A stretch of 63,373 bases of DNA, counting the filler, from Archaeoglobus sp. JdFR-37 (lineage in GTDB: Archaea; Halobacteriota; Archaeoglobi; Archaeoglobales; Archaeoglobaceae): assembly GCA_002010215.1 (NCBI GenBank). It is 3 parts of 3 records of this genome, joined end to end, with 100 filler letters (N's around TTAATTAATTAA, not from the genome) between each part and the next. Parts side by side here need not be neighbours in the genome. Positions count along the whole stretch, not along the records: positions 48,384 to 63,373 come from MTMY01000005.1; 2 more parts are not named here. One strand, given 5' to 3'. The notes under the pieces are model-generated. The model saw nothing but the letters and a program-made list of their open reading frames with translations. It did no database searches and was not told the DNA's origin. Below are positions 60,520 through 63,373 of the stretch, in pieces; the first letter of the stretch is position 1; the number at the start of each line of letters is the position of its first letter. The translations under genes and the position numbers were made by a program.

Positions 60520-61767
60520 TGGGCTGGCTACGATCAAATCTGACACTGGGTTAAGCCCAGGGGGTTTTCACTGGTGGTAGTCACGGCTATCCTTTCTGGG
60601 GTTAGAGCCAGACAAGGAACCGGAAAGGAGGAAGCCATGACTACCGAGGAGAAGCTTATCAGAAACAAGTTGGGACTCCTAGAGTTGGCTGCATATTTGA
60701 AGAACGTCTCGGAGGCCTGTCGGGTGATGGGCTACAGCCGAGACACGTTTTATCGGGTCAAGAGGGCCTACGAGGAAGGGGGTCTTGAGGCGCTCAAGGA
60801 GAAGAGCCGCCGGGTGCCGAACATCAAGAATCGGGTGTCTGAGCATGTGGAGAGGGCTGTTGTGGAGTTGGCCTATGAGGACCCCTCCTTAGGTCAGAGG
60901 CGTGTGAGCGACGAACTAAGGAGAAGGGGGCTGTTCATCTCGCCTGCTGGGGTGCGCTGTGTGTGGTTGAGGCACAATCTGGAGACCTTTAAAAAGCGCC
61001 TCAAAGCCTTGGAGGAGCGTGTGGCCAAAACCGGCGAGGTGCTCACCGAGGCTCAGCTTCGGGCCATGGAGAAGGCCAAGGAAGAGAAGATGGCCTGGGG
61101 GGAGATCGAGACCGAGTCCCGCCGGGGCGGGATGGGCTATCTTGGGGCTCAGGACACCTTCTACGTTGGCACCCTTAAAGGGGTGGGAAGGATTTATCAG
61201 CAGACCTTCATCGACACGTATTCTTCGGTGGCCTTTGCCAAGCTCTACACCACCAAGCACCCCATCAACGCCGCAGATCTGCTCAACGACCGGGTGATTC
61301 CGTTTTTCGACGAGCATGGAGTGCCCCTCCTGCGGATTCTGACGGATCGGGGGACGGAGTTCTGCGGCAGGGCGGATCGGCACGACTATGAGCTCTTTTT
61401 GGCCCTCAACGACATCGAGCACACCAAGACCAAGGCGAAAAATCCGCAGACCAACGGCATCTGTGAGAGGTTTCAGAAGACTGTGCCGGATGAGTTCTAT
61501 CGCATTGCCTTTCGGCGGAAGATCTACCTGAGTGTTGAGGAACTGCAGCAGGACCTGGATGCCTGGTTGGAGAGGTACAACACCCAAAGGCCCCACCAGG
61601 GGAAACGTTGCCAAGGGCGCACCCCCATGGAGACGTTCTTGGATAATCTGCCCTTGGCAAAAGAGAAGACATGGAGTATTAAGGATGAGATCCCTCTGAC
61701 AGCTTCAACTTGATCATACACCCAACCTCAGAAAGGATAGCTGTCAGATCGGATCGGAGCAAGCACA
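60520..61767 (+). mobile_element. IS481-family insertion sequence
   Basis: 26-bp terminal IRs (21/26 identical) TGGGCTGGCTACGATCAAATCTGACA / TGTCAGATCGGATCGGAGCAAGCACA; GCTCAC repeat at 60513-60518 and 61768-61773. Confidence 0.92.
60637..61713 (+). CDS. IS481 transposase
   Basis: NVSEACRVMGYSRDTFYR HTH; QDTFYVG, LTDRGTE and PQTNGICERF DDE motifs. Confidence 0.95.
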   Translation: MTTEEKLIRNKLGLLELAAYLKNVSEACRVMGYSRDTFYRVKRAYEEGGLEALKEKSRRVPNIKNRVSEHVERAVVELAYEDPSLGQRRVSDELRRRGLFISPAGVRCVWLRHNLETFKKRLKALEERVAKTGEVLTEAQLRAMEKAKEEKMAWGEIETESRRGGMGYLGAQDTFYVGTLKGVGRIYQQTFIDTYSSVAFAKLYTTKHPINAADLLNDRVIPFFDEHGVPLLRILTDRGTEFCGRADRHDYELFLALNDIEHTKTKAKNPQTNGICERFQKTVPDEFYRIAFRRKIYLSVEELQQDLDAWLERYNTQRPHQGKRCQGRTPMETFLDNLPLAKEKTWSIKDEIPLTAST

Positions 61768-63075
<1,308 letters not shown>

Positions 63076-63133
63076 CTACTATGAATTTTGTGTTATAGAA
63101 CACAAAAATTGAGACTGCTCAATACGACTTTAT

Positions 63134-63373
63134 TGGAGTGAACCCCTGAAGCTGGGCATTTTATGTTAGAGTATCTGGCAGGATCTGGGCCCCAAAGTTG
63201 GGGAGAAAGGATCTTGTCATGAGGAAGCAGAGGCGATTTTCCGTTGAGTTCAAGCGCCAGGTGGTAGAGGAGCTCCTCAGTGGTACTTCTCGTCCTGCGC
63301 AGCTTTGCCGCCGCTATGATATCTCCTCTGGACTTCTGTATCATTGGAAGCGCCAATATATTCGGGGAAGATT
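63134..63373 (+). mobile_element. Left end of an IS3-family element (partial; orfA starts at 63219)
   Basis: TGGAGTGAACCCC...GGGCA IR-like end; MRKQRRFSVEFKRQVVEELLSG...CRRYDISSGLLYHWK HTH. Confidence 0.85.

Noticed and set aside
60916..61614. 232-aa ORF antisense to the IS481 transposase, and other long antisense ORFs (10235-10912, 23621-24289, 45890-46594)
   Set aside because: Shadow frames of well-supported genes, with no motifs of their own.

Overview
The window is three contigs joined by 100-nt N-gaps that contain an artificial TTAATTAATTAA linker (24453-24552 and 48284-48383). Contigs 1 and 2 (1-48283) are clearly from a member of the Archaeoglobaceae; the icd, ilvC, pyrBI, npdG and mfnB proteins and five intron-less archaeal tRNAs (Glu-TTC, Pro-GGG, Arg-CCG, Leu-GAG, Leu-CAA) support this. 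They also carry Trk K+ uptake, TatC, a fatty-acid beta-oxidation cluster, a membrane-bound group 1 [NiFe] hydrogenase and an ABC-2 transporter. Less ordinary content includes a stand-alone MtrH-like gene paired with a DUF2193 gene, a secreted multiheme cytochrome (at least 15 CxxCH plus one CX5CH, truncated by the gap), a probable split-integrase fragment running into tRNA-Glu, and a decayed integrative island behind tRNA-Arg. Contig 3 (48384-63373) is a bacterial-looking surface polysaccharide locus (sqdB/agl3, GT2, asnB-like amidotransferase, three GT4s, two epimerases, wecB) interrupted by IS3, IS256 and IS481 elements; it may be binning contamination or horizontally acquired. The most unusual structure is in that locus: a four-helix-bundle (IVP/Avd-like) gene is enclosed by complementary short-repeat arms that could fold it into an excisable stem-loop in the mRNA. 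A second, internally deleted cassette of the same design lies one gene downstream, and related repeats occur in frame inside wecB. All family assignments come from motif recognition by eye; no database searches were run.
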